This document shows positions 14,258 to 27,337 of a DNA stretch of 64,000 bases, in pieces. The position numbers and the translations under genes were made by a program. Each line of letters opens with the position of its first letter. The first letter of the stretch is position 1. The stretch comes from the human T2T-CHM13v2.0 reference genome, Homo sapiens, in the NCBI RefSeq assembly GCF_009914755.1, contig NC_060936.1; one strand, 5' to 3'. The notes beneath the pieces are model-generated. The model made no database searches. It was not told the DNA's origin and saw nothing but the letters and a program-made list of their open reading frames with translations.

Positions 14258-14503
14258 GGCCTAGCCTCCCAGCCTACATCTTTCTCCCGTGCTGGATGCT
14301 TCCTGCCCTCGAATATCAGACTCCAAGTTCTTCAGTTTTGGGACTCGGACTGGCTCTCCTTGTTCCTCAGCCTGCAGATGGCCTATTGTGGGACCTTGTG
14401 ATCATGTGAGTTAATAATAAACTCCTGTCTATCTATCTACCTATCTATCTGTCTATCATCTACCTAATTCGTTCTGTCCCTCTACAGAACACTAACTAAT
14501 ACA
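14258..14503 (+). mobile_element. MLT2A LTR, 3' half (HERV-L 3' LTR)
   Basis: ggcctagcctcccagcctacatctttctcccgtgctggatgcttcctgccctcgaa...ggcctattgtgggaccttgtgatcatgtgagttaa...ctaataca terminus. Confidence 0.88.
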
Positions 14504-15164
14504 ACTGCATACACTCCTTTCTGAAAGTATTTACAATAGCCTGAGAAAAATATTTTAATGAGGACTGTGTGTGTTTTGCCACCACTTCATTTTCTCCAAT
14601 TATAAAATTATAGACCAACTCCTAAACACAGTGTTAAACTCCCAGGAATCCTCAAATAGATATTACTTAACATAACTGAGATTGTGTTGCCCTAAGAAAT
14701 TAATAAGGAAATCAAATGCCTAGAAACAGCTTTCATATCTTATAAAAATTACAAGCTCTGCCCCCCAAAAATGTCATGGGTAATGCCACAAATATTTTCT
14801 TTATCTGTCATCTGATCACTTCATTTTAGGACAAATCTATAACTATTTACTTTCCTTTGTAATAATTACTTGCCAGAGGCAGACCAGAATTTGATGTATT
14901 CAAACCTGTCACATATGTATATTTACAGGGAAAGCACATCTTCTCTGTGGGAGAGAATTAGGTTTTAAAGTTAGTTCATAAGGCAAAAGTCAATGTATTC
15001 AAAACCACCCTGGATGGTCCCTCAGGGAAGCACCAGTCTGAAGATCAAATACTGAGTCCCACTATGCTCACTCCAGGCATTTTTCTTCAGAGTTAGAATA
15101 TATCACTCCTCCTAGGCAAGAGGACCCAGTAAATGACCTGCCCTGCCATAAGGGCTTTGTCTTA

Positions 15165-15513
<349 letters not shown>

Positions 15514-15899
15514 GAAAAGTACATGTACTTTTTAATGTATGAAAAGTGTCTTTATCAACTAGGATTACATTCAGCATTAGAGAGTGCTCACTTCAAGAGA
15601 AGGACACATTTTTCAAGTTTCCGTATTCACATTCTCTTAGGGGGATATACACTCATTGCAATGGATTCCTGTAAGATTTCAGTGGTTATTTGTGTCCCAT
15701 ATTTTTGTTGTTGTAGAACATGTGTGACTGTATTTATACAAGATACATGTGCAACTGATGCCATTCCACTTACTACATACACTTTCTCATATATCTATGT
15801 TTATACACTGACATAGATGTATATCAGTACTCAACTGTACATACGTGTGTACTGTAAGAAATGTTTTATGGTATAAGTTTGTTTCAGGAAACAACTGCA

Positions 15900-16972
15900 T
15901 GTTGTAAGAATAAAATTATAATAGTAATGCAGTTTATAAAATATGTAATTGTTGTATAATAATTTGTCTGATCTTTTTCCCTCCCTGGGAGAAACTTTCT
16001 TTTTCTTGAGACTGAGTGGCGCTCTGTCGCCCAGGCTAGAGTGCAGTGGCGCAATCTCGGCTCACTGCAAGCTCTGCCTCCCGGGATTCACGCCATTTTC
16101 CTGCCTCGGCCTCCCGAGTAGCTGGGACCACAGGCACCCACCACCATGCCTGGCTAATTTCTTTTGTATTTTTAGTAGAGATGGGGTTTCACCGTGTTAG
16201 CCAGGATGGTCTCGATCTCCTGACCTCGTGATCCACCTGCCTCGGCTTCCCAAAGTGCTGGGATTACAGGCGTGATCCACTGCGCCCGGCCAGGAGAGAC
16301 TTTCTAGACCCTTATAATTGATAGGAGTGTTTTTATTATTAATACCTGATTTTGTGCTAATAAAATGACTTATGCTGGGCCTTTAGATAGTTTTAGAATA
16401 AGAGATGGTCATGTCAAAAATATGAAGCATGTGATTAGTGGATTTGGGGCTTTGATCCATGTAATATTTGACTAAACTCCTGACTCCAGTGAGAGGAGGG
16501 GTCTACAGATTGAGTCCAATCACTTGGCCAATGATTCACCTAATCATACCTGCATGATAAAACTCCAATGAAAACTTTGGACACCTGAAGTGAACTTCCT
16601 GGTTGATGATATGCACTGATGTGCTGGGAGTGTGATACATCCTGATAACAAAGAAGCTTCAAATTTGGGACCCTCCCATTCCAGGGCTTATGTGTCTCTT
16701 CATTTGGCTGGTCCTGATTTGTGTCCTTTCTACTGAAACTGTAATTGAAAATATAGCACTTTCCTGAATTCTATGAGTTGTTCTAGTGAATTATTGAACC
16801 TCGGTGGAAAATGTAAACCTTCACATTTATAGACACTTGATCAGAAATGTAGGTGGCCTGGCAACCTCAGAGCTTTCAACTGGTGTTTGAAGTGAGCATA
16901 GTCTTGTGGATGCCTGTGTCCTTAACCTGTAAAGTCTGCACTAATTCCAGGTAGTGATAGAATTGCATTGCA
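15900..16972 (+). mobile_element. MER21(C)-type LTR interrupted by an AluY
   Basis: Motifs agattgagtccaatcacttggccaatgatt, ttctatgagttgttctagtgaattattgaacc and ccttaacctgtaaagtctgcactaattccaggtag. Boundaries approximate. Confidence 0.75.
16001..16291 (-). mobile_element. AluY
   Basis: Antisense Alu with Y diagnostics (gcaagctc, ccgtgttagccaggatggtctcgatctcctgacctcgtgatcc). Degenerate 14-bp TSD gggagaaactttct/aggagagactttct. Confidence 0.92.
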
Positions 16973-18649
16973 GTAATCATGTTCCTAATCTGACTAACAC
17001 TAGGTTTAAATGAACAGATTAAGTTGTTTGTTTAATATGCAATTCATGTAAACTTCCTCAAGAAGCTGTACCCACTAGGGGGTGGATAAAACATTAATTT
17101 AATCCAATCTGATAATTTAAACAGTTTCTTGAGATAAAGGACTTCCATATCTCCTGCTCTGGCTACTCTCTGAGATGACAGTGCAGGGTACAGGTCATAT
17201 ATAAACTCATGAAAAAGGACAAGAGTCAGAGGCCTAGAATGTGCTATCTTTTGCCTCTTCTGTCACCAAGGCACTGTCCCTTGTTTGTCTGATGGTGGGT
17301 CTCCTTTCTTGTATTCAAACATTTGTCTGGGGTTAATATAACTTGGGATCTCTGTTGAAGCCTGGTCGCCATTGCCAGTTAGACTTTCCTTAGCTAAGCC
17401 CCTAGCTCTATAGAGCTTCCTGAATGGGTGGCCGGCCCTCCACCTTTACTGCTGGGTTAAGTTGCTTTTTCCCATGGCTGGCCCAATTGCAGGCCTTCAG
17501 GCACTCAAATCTGCAGCTTTCAGCGTGTCCTCTCAGGGAGATTTGATCTGAGAACTCATAAGTCTTTCCATCCTACAGGGGATACAAGGGAGTGTCTTGT
17601 CTCATATACAGAACAAGAATGCATGATGAGAAACCATCCCTCCACCTTGATATGCCTTTCTTTTTATCAAATACGTCTTACATCAGCTTCATGCCTGGCC
17701 TTCCTTTTCTTCCATTCCCCATCTTGATGGAGAGGAATAGACTCTCTACCCTATTCTCTACAGCGTTACTCAGTGTCAGAGGTCAAAAACTACATGGTAT
17801 AATGGGGAAATTAAAACAATTCAGATTAATTTCTTCAAAATGGTATCTTTTGTTAAATAAAGATAAATATTCATATTTATATATTTAAAGAATTAAAACA
17901 TGTATGTGGCCAAAATAGAAAATCACTGTTTTGATAAAAATATATTAGATATTGTTCTACTTTTCTTCATAATGGTATTCAAATAGGACAGCTAAAGACA
18001 AAACAGTATTTAAACTATTTAATTTAGTTATCAACATGCATTCATTTTGAATCATGATTTTTAAATAATATTGCTGAAAATTTAAAGTAGTGTGGTTGGT
18101 GAGAATCATAGCTTCTTTCTATGTGTTCATATTTCATTGAATAATAGAGTTGCTTTTTTTATCTTTAACAAATAAAAACATGATCAATACCTAGCATTAG
18201 ATTTCTTACAATTTGAAGAAACTTTATACCATATTGGTTCTGCTGTACAAATGAGAGACAAAATTGCTATTTTAAGATGAGAATTGTACGTAACTTTTAT
18301 CTTCCCTAACAAAAAGTAATGTGCATTTACTCCACAACGATTTGAAAGTGTGAATAAAAAGTGAAATAATCTAAACTCCGACTACTCCAACAAAAAAGCC
18401 TTTAGCTTCCAATACGTAAAATCACTGAATCCTATGGTTCAGAGAAACAAAACTAGTTGCTAATATCTTTCCAGGTATACTTGCAGATTTTTCAAAATGC
18501 ATTCATTGAAAAACATTTATAACAATAATATTACACTGTAGAGGAATATTGTGTCCTATATTTTAAATTTAACACCAAATAATAAACAAAATTAGAATAT
18601 TAAACAAGTTTGGAACATTGTCATTGTGGAATTAGGAAAGAACTATATA

Positions 18650-18880
18650 ATAATACCAATAGCTTCTACTTACTGGCACTTAATCAATACAAGGATACTG
18701 CAAAGAGCTTTATTTATATATGCTAAAATTTTATTTAATACACAAAATATAGGAAGTAAGTGCTATTATTGTTCCTTTTACTGATTTTTTTATAGATAGG
18801 TTAGAAATGATTATGTCAACCATCCAAGGTTACAAAGCTGGTAATAGGCAGTGAGGGCATTTGAACTCTAAACTATCCAC
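18650..18880 (-). mobile_element. MIR
   Basis: aagtgctattattgttcctttta...ccaaggttacaaagctggtaataggcagtgagggcatttgaactc. Confidence 0.7.
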
Positions 18881-19474
18881 AATTTAAACCCCAAGTTTGA
18901 TAACTGAGAGAATGAGCCATACCTATAAGCTCTTTCTCCCTGTTTCCAAATCTAGACACAGGCTAGCCAGTTATCCTGAATTATTTCAAAACCCAGCAAA
19001 GCAAGTGTTCACTCTTTTCCCTTCCCCTTATTTTCCAACCTATGCTCATTACTACTTCCTATTTCTCAAATATATGATGGCTAACCATATGGTTAACATC
19101 ATATATATTATCTTGGGAATCAAAGATGATGTATTGAAAGATAAGTTTTCACTAAACCCAGTGATAATAGAACAAGAGATGCTGTTTTTTGACTTGACAA
19201 TTACATTTAATATTGATTTGTATGTTTTCCTCAAATGTTGATAATATTTTTTTCAAAATTCATTGGCCCCATTTATTCCTTTGAAAAATCCACACTAAAG
19301 TTTTTTTCTCCTCCCCCTTCACTTATTGCCAGACTAAATTTAGAGAAAGACAAGTGCTGTGTTGCCAAATCGTGAAATGTGTTTGGGCGAGGTGATGAGA
19401 GTTGGTTTGTGAGCAGTAAGGGCTGCTGCTATTTTTGCCAAGAGAAGTATAATATACATGACTCTTTAAAAATT

Positions 19475-19548
19475 ATCTATTGTGTGTCTTTTAAGCAATC
19501 TTGGTTTTAAAATCTATTGTGGGTCTTTTATGCAATCTTGGTTTTAAA
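19475..19548. repeat. 37-bp tandem duplication (2 copies, 2 mismatches)
   Basis: atctattgtg(t/g)gtctttta(a/t)gcaatcttggttttaaa at 19475 and 19512. Confidence 0.9.
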
Positions 19549-20394
19549 AATTGAAGCATTCTTTAACATTCATCAGTTGTGAAAATTTTTCTTAAAAAGG
19601 GGGAATTTATCTCATTCCTTTAAAAAATAATTTTATAATTACATAAAAATATAATATTTTATAATATATAAAATATATCAATTAATATAATTTATAGGTA
19701 AAAATTTATGTATTAATTTCAAAATAGTAACTGTAATGTGGATTATAAAAACAGTTTCACCATGTCTACCAGGAGATATCATCCCATCATAGAAAGCCGG
19801 TTCGAAACTAACTGAAGATATGATCTCTTACTGGTTTATATTCTTCTAAAGTTTTGACTGGCTAGATTCATTGAAATCTAGATTCACAAGGTATTTTCAT
19901 TTATATGGTCATATTTAATTGCATCCCCTAGTAAAAAAAATCATCTAGAATATTTATTCTATTCATTATGGTGTAACAACTTGCATTTGATTTTTTTCAT
20001 ACTGAGAATTTTTTTCCCTACTCTACTGTGCTATGATTACATGAAATAGCTATGATACCAGCATTTATAGAATCTAATTAGAGTATGCCTATGTGGAGAA
20101 TGATTCCAGGATTGAAAATTTCTTGCGTAAAATGCTTTAAAATATTCTTCCAAATCAACTCTGATTTTGAATTTAATTGTGGTGGCCCATTACTGCTTTT
20201 AACATTTCTGGACTACATTCTTGGCATTAAACTTGTCTTGGGAGTGGAAGGAAGAAGGAAAAAATATCCCAGTAACTAGTAAACAAAAACAGGCAGAATA
20301 TTAGAAGGAAAATATTCATATTCATCCTACCACCTCTCCCTGCTGCCATTTGACCTAGCTACCAGCAACGTAACCGAGCAGCTTATTTGAAGAG

Positions 20395-20600
20395 TCTATT
20401 ATACTGGTTCAAGGACTGGGAAGCAGACTCCTTGGGTTGAAATCCCAGCTCTTCACTTACAAGTTGTGCCATCTTAAGCAAGTTACTCATCTGGAAGTAG
20501 TTTAACAAGCAAATAACCTAGCATGCTGGATTATAATAAAGGTCAACTGGTTAATATGCATGGGTAAACCACTTAGGACAGAACACACAGGGTACACAAA
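20395..20600 (+). mobile_element. MIR
   Basis: gggttgaaatcccagctcttcacttacaagttgtgccatcttaagcaagttact. Confidence 0.75.
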
Positions 20601-21014
20601 ATATATGTGTTTCTAAAGTAAAATAATCTCATTCCTTGTGATTTATAACCTTGAAATAATTATATCCATTTAATAATCTACTCATTCACATATTCAGAAA
20701 ACATTTACAGAGTACTATAACTGTTTTTCACTTTTTTTCTGGGCCTAGAATAATTTTGTCCAATGTGACAAGCAACAATTTTTGTCGACACATTGTAGGT
20801 ATTAAGAATTGAATAAAAGAGAAATCCAGTGTATTCCATCTACTTCTTTCATATACTGAAGTGGCATTCCAAATGAAATGTTGTCTAATTCCGTATCTGA
20901 GCCAAAGTGGTAAACCCAATGCTGGATCATGTAGTCTTAATATGCAAGAGCACTGAAGAGAGAACCTGTTTTAGGGTATCCCCCAGGACATAACAGATAT
21001 GCAGATCTGTCTGA

Positions 21015-21520
21015 TCACCTTGTCACTCTGCTACAGCCATGCTGGTCTCCTTGCTTTGTTAGGACATGTCAAACAATCTTCCACCTCAGGAGATTCATAT
21101 TTGCTGCTCCTTGTCTAGAGCACTCCACTTCTCCTAATCTCCCTACTTCTATCCCTGCTCTGACACACAATCTGCTTGACCCATGTCCTCATCTCCTTCA
21201 GGTCTCAACTCAAAAGTCAAGTTCTCAGTAAGCCTTCCTTGGACCACCCTTTAAAAAATAGCAACTTCTCCCATATACTCAGCATTTTTGTCCTGCTTTG
21301 TTTTCCTCTTTATCACTATCATCTTGTAATATAATAAATATGTGTTTCCTTAAGTATTGTTTTCATTTTACATGTAAAGACATATTTATTTTCTTTATGT
21401 ATCCTTTCCCATACAGTGTAAGCTCAATTAGAACAGTCACTCTATTTGTATACTCAATGCCAAAAACAGTGCCTACCACATATCACATGTCCAAATGTTT
21501 AATAAACTTTAGAATAAATG
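21015..21520 (+). mobile_element. L2a 3' end
   Basis: cagccatgctggtctccttgc, ctccttcaggtctcaactcaaa, gtaagctc...aacagtgcct...aataaa...gaataaatg. Confidence 0.75.
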
Positions 21521-21589
21521 TAGTTACTTTATCTATTTGCCTGTGTCTTGGGCTATTTGCTTTCTTTTGTGCAAACTAAATAGAACCTG

Positions 21590-21900
21590 CAGCAACCTGG
21601 AGTTATGCCCAATGAGCACTACAAATTAGTGGTAGTTCTCTAGTAGCAATGGGACATCCTGGTGCTCAGATCTGTTTTTTAAACACCTTTTCCCATTAAA
21701 AGGAACTGAGATCCTTTGAAGAACTGGCTGATTTCAGGTCTAAAGAAGGCGAGCCTGAGATAGTTGTGTGTTTGTGTGTGTGTGTGTTCAGAAAATACGC
21801 ATACAAAGACTAATGGAAGTATGTCAAAGGACATATGGATCAACTTGAAGGAGCTTTCACTGGCAAAATTTGGGATGACTTGTGTACTAAAAAGAAGTGA
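21590..21900 (+). mobile_element. L1MC4-like 3' UTR fragment
   Basis: cccattaaaaggaactgagatcctttgaagaactggctgatttcagg...cttgaaggagctttcactggcaaaatttggga. Confidence 0.65.
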
Positions 21901-24675
21901 GTGTAATTTATTTTAATGCAACAAAGAAAGAAAAACACACAAGTGTATTAATATTGAGAGAGAGAGAGAGAGAGACTGAGACTCATTTGCAACACTGGAA
22001 CTAATACAGCTTCATTGGTTTCAGAGAAGACAATAATAAGTTAATTAAATGACATGTCCAAAATGTCAAATATGACTTCAGATTTTCAGAGCGTGTTGCA
22101 GATTAATTGGCAGAAACAGCATGTGTGTACTTTCTATAAGCTCTCAACATGAAGGGTGGAGGCCACAGACTTAACAGAAGAGGGAGCACCACACAAAACA
22201 GTAGCATATCTTATTCTGTATTTTTTTAAATTAATGATACCCTACAGAGTGGGTACATAGCTGTCATTCACATTCTCTGCAGCGGTGAGAAAATAGTCAA
22301 TTTCTTGCTAACAACAACACAAAAGTGGTTTATACTTAGAGCTTAGATCGCCATTCTGGAATGCTAACCATCTATGTTGAAAAAAATGTTTATAGACATC
22401 CATTCTTCTGCTTCTCAAACCACATTTGGTATTAGCAGGAGTACATTCTCAAAGAAGGAACTGCAGAATCAGTAACTAGGTTCCATAGGCAGTCTCTATT
22501 TCTAGGTTATTTCCGGTAAATGTGAATCTCCACACTCAGATTTCAGTGCTTTCATCTTGTGATTCTGATATTTGGTTTAACCACCACAATCATGAAGCAC
22601 GCCTCTATCTCCCCAACTATGAATGTATACTCCCCCAAAGAGAACAGCATGTCTTTAATCACTGATGCCAGGGGCTTCAAAATTGTTAATTAAAATGCTC
22701 CTGTAGAACAGCAGTTAATCCTAGTCCTCAATGATATTAAATTATCTTTAAAATATTTATTGTGGTTAAAGAAGCTTTTATCGACTCCAAGGTCCTACTG
22801 TGGTCAGTAGTTCTTTGTAACCTAAAAACAGCCTAATATCATAATTGAAAGAAAAAAGAAACAATTTGTAAACTGCTCTATGCTGGAAACACTCAAAGTT
22901 GGATTTGAATCATTGACTTTCACCCTGTTATTAGAGTTTTACTTAATATGTCCAGATCTGAGATCATAATTTTGGCTTACAACTAGACAGATGGTACTCA
23001 ATTACACATTTAATGCTACATTTTCTAATGTAACAATACAAAAATAGTTATCAGGGGCTGCATATCCATTTTCTGTAGACACCCAGGAGAAATAACTTTC
23101 ACATTTCCTCTTTTATCATCTACTTCTGTGCAGCCAGAAGGTTGCATGCCACTCCTTACCATCTGTCAATGTATTGCTTGCTAATATATTTTTCTTTAAT
23201 CAGAGAATTGATGGGACATTCTGGATAAGATTCTATTTAATAGCAAAAGATGATCATTTTTTAAAGAATTAGATTATACTTGAGTACTAAAATTACATGA
23301 AACATTATTGACATTCTCCTTAATATTTCAGATGGCTCATCAGTTTTGATATTCCTTGTATTTTTTTTAAAGAAAGAGCTTACAAAAATCCCATAAAATA
23401 GAAAATGATCAGAATCAGAAGAGGTGATCCTTATTTCTATGCCACTATGTTCACCATCCCTGGTGTAAAAGATTGCATCCTTCTATTAAGACCAATTGAA
23501 TGCAATAAAAAATTGCAAAACCTACTAAGTACCTTTTTAGTCATATCTCCAGAATACCCCATGACTTTTCAGTTCCCATGAATAACACAGGTGTAAATAA
23601 AATTTTGCCTGTAGTTACCATGGTGTTTTTATAAATGTTTTATTATTATTGGGAAAAAAAAAACACCACTCTTCTGATAGGGCTTGCATGCAATTAGTCA
23701 CGTGTATTTATAGAAACAAAGTCCTAATTTAACTGATACTTTTATGGTTCACCTTACTCTTACAGATGCAAAGTTTAATTGTTTGCTGCTGTATGCCTTT
23801 GTGTTACCAAGGGTTAGATAACATGTAACCAAAAAGACTTTGATTTTTCTCCTCTTTTCATGGAATTGTATTAAAACTAATTTGAATGCTAAATAAATTG
23901 ATGTCTCTCTTGGTTCTGAAAACTGGCAGAATATTTTCTGTGAAGCAAAAGAACACACACTCACACCTCTGCAATTTATGTAGAGGATGGTTATATAATC
24001 ATTTCACACAGATGAACTCTAAAATTTAAAATGAAATATTTGTGAGACCACTGACTTTTAAATCACCTAAGAATGTTACATTTCTATCTTGTTGTTGATT
24101 TGTAAATGCACGTTTAATCATTACTTTTCAATATCCCCTTATCCACAATGGAAATAGTTTCTGAAAGTGAAGATATATGTATTTAAGATATCTGGAAACT
24201 ATAGATGGTGAATGTAATCGTTCCACCAAATGATTCTCACCACTCCTCTCATCAGTTAGGTTTTATGACAAAGCAGATAGTTACAAATTCATTACTACTG
24301 CTGAACAGCCAACCAATGCAAGCATAGTGCTGTATAATAATTTTTATTCAAAGTGTTTCATGAGAAATTTAAAGTCTCAATTAAGCTTATGAGTCTTAGA
24401 TTATAAATATTGGCAATGTGATCACACCATATTTAACAGGTATTTATGAAACATTTATTTTGTCATCAGCACTATGATAGACATCGGTGATATAAAGGTG
24501 AACAGAAAGATATATGGGCTCTGCTCTCTGGAAAGTTCCATTCAAAAAGAGAAAAAACAATATATATAAATGTATAATTATATACTGAGATAACCTGTAT
24601 GAAAGAAAAAATATGGGGTTATAAACCTATAAAACAGAGGAACATGATCATATCTATTTGGTCAGGAAAGGCTGT

Positions 24676-25177
24676 TATATTAGCTATGATGAGGTTCAGT
24701 TGCATATGTAAGTATCACGAAATAAGAGTGACAGAAATGAGAAAGAAGTTTACTACTCTTTTATAAAAAAGACTACTGAATATAGGTGTTCCAAGGTCAT
24801 GCACAGAAGCTGCAAGTTGACAAAGGTCCATACTCCTTCTCTTTTGTTTCTGCCATTTTAAGCATGTGCTTCCACTTTATAAACAAAGATGGCTGGTTGA
24901 GCCCCAGCAATCAGGTTTGCATTCCAGTTAGCAAGTAGAAGGAAAGCTTTATGCAACCTGTTCCCTTACATTAGCAGGTGAACACTTAGTCATACAGCCA
25001 ACCATAGCCATCCCATTTCACGTGACCACACCAGCTTCCCTTCAGTTTTAAGTTCCCTTACAATTGAAGGGAAGCTGGTGTGGTCATGTGAAATGTGCCT
25101 GATTAAGAATGGGGTGTCCTTCAATAAAGCAGAAGAAAAGAATGGATATTTGGAGGCAGGTAGCAGTACCTATCATA
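24676..25177 (-). mobile_element. MLT1J-like MaLR LTR
   Basis: caaagatggctg...cagcaatcaggtttgcattccag, cttagtcatacagccaacc and gaatggatatttggaggcaggtagcagt motifs. Confidence 0.65.
25014..25095. repeat. 31-bp inverted repeat (1 mismatch) with a 20-nt spacer
   Basis: catttcacgtgaccacaccagcttcccttca (25014-25044) versus tgaagggaagctggtgtggtcatgtgaaatg (25065-25095). Confidence 0.95.
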
Positions 25178-26093
25178 GATGTCTTGAGAAAATGACTTTG
25201 GATCTGAGATTTGAAGGATAAAGAGATGTTAGCCAGATGGAGTGAGGAAGGGAAGACTGAAAAGCAGTCCAGACACATGGCTGCACCAGCCTCACTTGCA
25301 ACTGAACTTGAACTTCCTGTATCCAGCAGTCTTTATGTGGGAAACAAAACTTCTTTCAGTCAATGCCATTTTGTGATTTTTAACATATGTGATTGAACTT
25401 AATCCTACCAAATAAAACAACCGTTGCTGACCCTTTAGATAAGGCCTACTTATTCTATTTTTACTGTTTTTCTGGGTCTCATGCATGACTAATGGTTTTT
25501 GTTTTGTTTTGTTTATTAATAATAGCAGGTTTACTCTTACCATGAGTTTATGATAGCATCTAATATCACAAACCCAAAAGTAAATAAATCTCTATCAAGG
25601 CTATATAAATGTCTTTAGAATGCATACAAATTTTATAAGTAGCTTCTTGAAGTATTTCTTATTGCTGAACTATACCAAAGATTTTGAAAACTTTTAGATA
25701 ATCACGTCATATTTTAGGAAATTGGAAAGCATTTTAAAACAAGTTATTCAACTAGTATGATTTCATCTGAAAATATTCCCTGTATTTTTTTTGGAGGGAG
25801 GGATTGGTAATTTATTCAAAATAATTTCAAATGCTGTTAATCCATTCATTTGTTTTTGACACATCCAGACTCAGCATGAATTTTTTTATAATACAGCTGA
25901 AGATACTAGAATTTCACATACATATAATATTTCAAGTATAAATTAATTGAGCTGTAGAGATAAGAAAATAAATGTTTATCTAATTTTGTTACTCAGGATA
26001 ATAAAGTGCTTTACTAAACAGGCTATTTTCCTTTGTAGATTTACTTAATAGGAATTCAAATTCTTTCAACAGAAAATGTTTCCAAAACAGACA

Positions 26094-26241
26094 AACATTA
26101 GAATATCTTGTCTTTCATAAAATAATTATCCCAAATAATGAGCTTAGTAAAATTAACATTCCTCTGCTTAGAGGAAAACCAGACATTATAGTAAAATATT
26201 TCACTTTTAAGAAGAGCTTTTAAAAAGTTTATTCTTTTATT
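26094..26241 (+). repeat. Dispersed direct repeat of about 145 bp, copy 1
   Basis: aacattagaatatcttgtctttcataaaa... is colinear with 27338-27487. Confidence 0.9.
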
Positions 26242-26753
26242 GTTTTCCTCCACATTTTCTCTTTGGATTGGTTCCCTCCTGTATGAAAGGTTCCTATCCT
26301 GTGCACAGTATTAGCAAGTAGATATAACCGTCAAACATATTTTTCCTACTAAGAAGAAGCCATTGGCAAATGCCAGAGAGCATTCATTAAACCACCATAA
26401 TAGGAAATATAACCATATGAGTGAGTTGTTCAAAACAATTCAAAGAAGAGGAGGTTGGACACCTGTTGACAAACAACATAGAAGTATATAATGTAAACTT
26501 CTTAGAAAAGATTTTCAGCAAGAAAGTTTCATTAAATTGATTGAATGTGAAAGATATTGATGCCTTAAAATTAGAGTATTTATGACAATAAAGTATTTAG
26601 GTAAAGTGAGGTGCAAAGATAAATTGGGTGGAGAGGAAGAGCAGGTTGGTTTAGCTAGAAAGGCCGTGTTAGCAGTAATGAAATATAGATGAACATAATT
26701 GGTTACTGTGAACTTGTTTAGTGACAACAAAGCTGACTTTCAACTTTGGCAGT

Positions 26754-27292
26754 TGTATCAGTTAACTATTGTTTTATAAGAAATTATCCCAAAATTTAGT
26801 GGCTTATGGCAGTGATTATATTTAGCCTGTTTTTCTGGTTCAGGATTTGGGGATGGCTTAGTTGAGTGGTCCAACCTTGGGATCTCTCATGAGGTTTCAG
26901 CCAGTGGTCAGCTTGAGAAGTGTCATCTGGAATCTTTCTATTACGAGAAGATCCACTTCTTTCATTCTGTGAATGAAAAAAGTGTTTCATTCACAGGACC
27001 AGCAATTTAGTGCTGGCTATGGGCTGGAGGCCTTAGTGACTTTCTATGTGGGCATCTCTACAGGGCTGTGTAAGTGTCTTTAAGCATGGTAGCTGGTTTG
27101 TGAGCAATCAAGAGAGGTAGGTAGAAGCTGAAATGCCTTCATGATCTCATTTCAGAAGGCACACACTGTCACTTGCACCATATAATATTCACACAAGGTG
27201 ACCTCTAATTTAATGAAGAAGGGGTCTACACAAAGGCAGACATATCAGGAAGTGAGGGTGTTTGGGGGTTGTCCTTGAGGTTATCAACCAAA
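26754..27292 (-). mobile_element. MLT1F/G-type MaLR solo LTR
   Basis: Antisense terminus tgtatcagttaactattg...cccaaaatttagtggctta, plus gggatctctcatgagg and cacaaaggcagacatatcaggaagtgaggg. Confidence 0.75.
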
Positions 27293-27337
27293 TTAGGTAT
27301 TATTATTATCATCATCATCACCATCACCATAATGATG

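Larger units (their letters stand above)
24425..25262 (-). mobile_element. L2 fragment interrupted by an MLT1J-like LTR
   Basis: L2 tail-like sequence at 24425-24675 resumes at about 25180 (gatctgagatttgaaggata). Confidence 0.6.

Noticed and set aside
13600-14264. Possible domesticated ERV-L gag (Fv1-like) gene
   Set aside because: Frameshifted, contains stops, is truncated and has no 5' LTR promoter.
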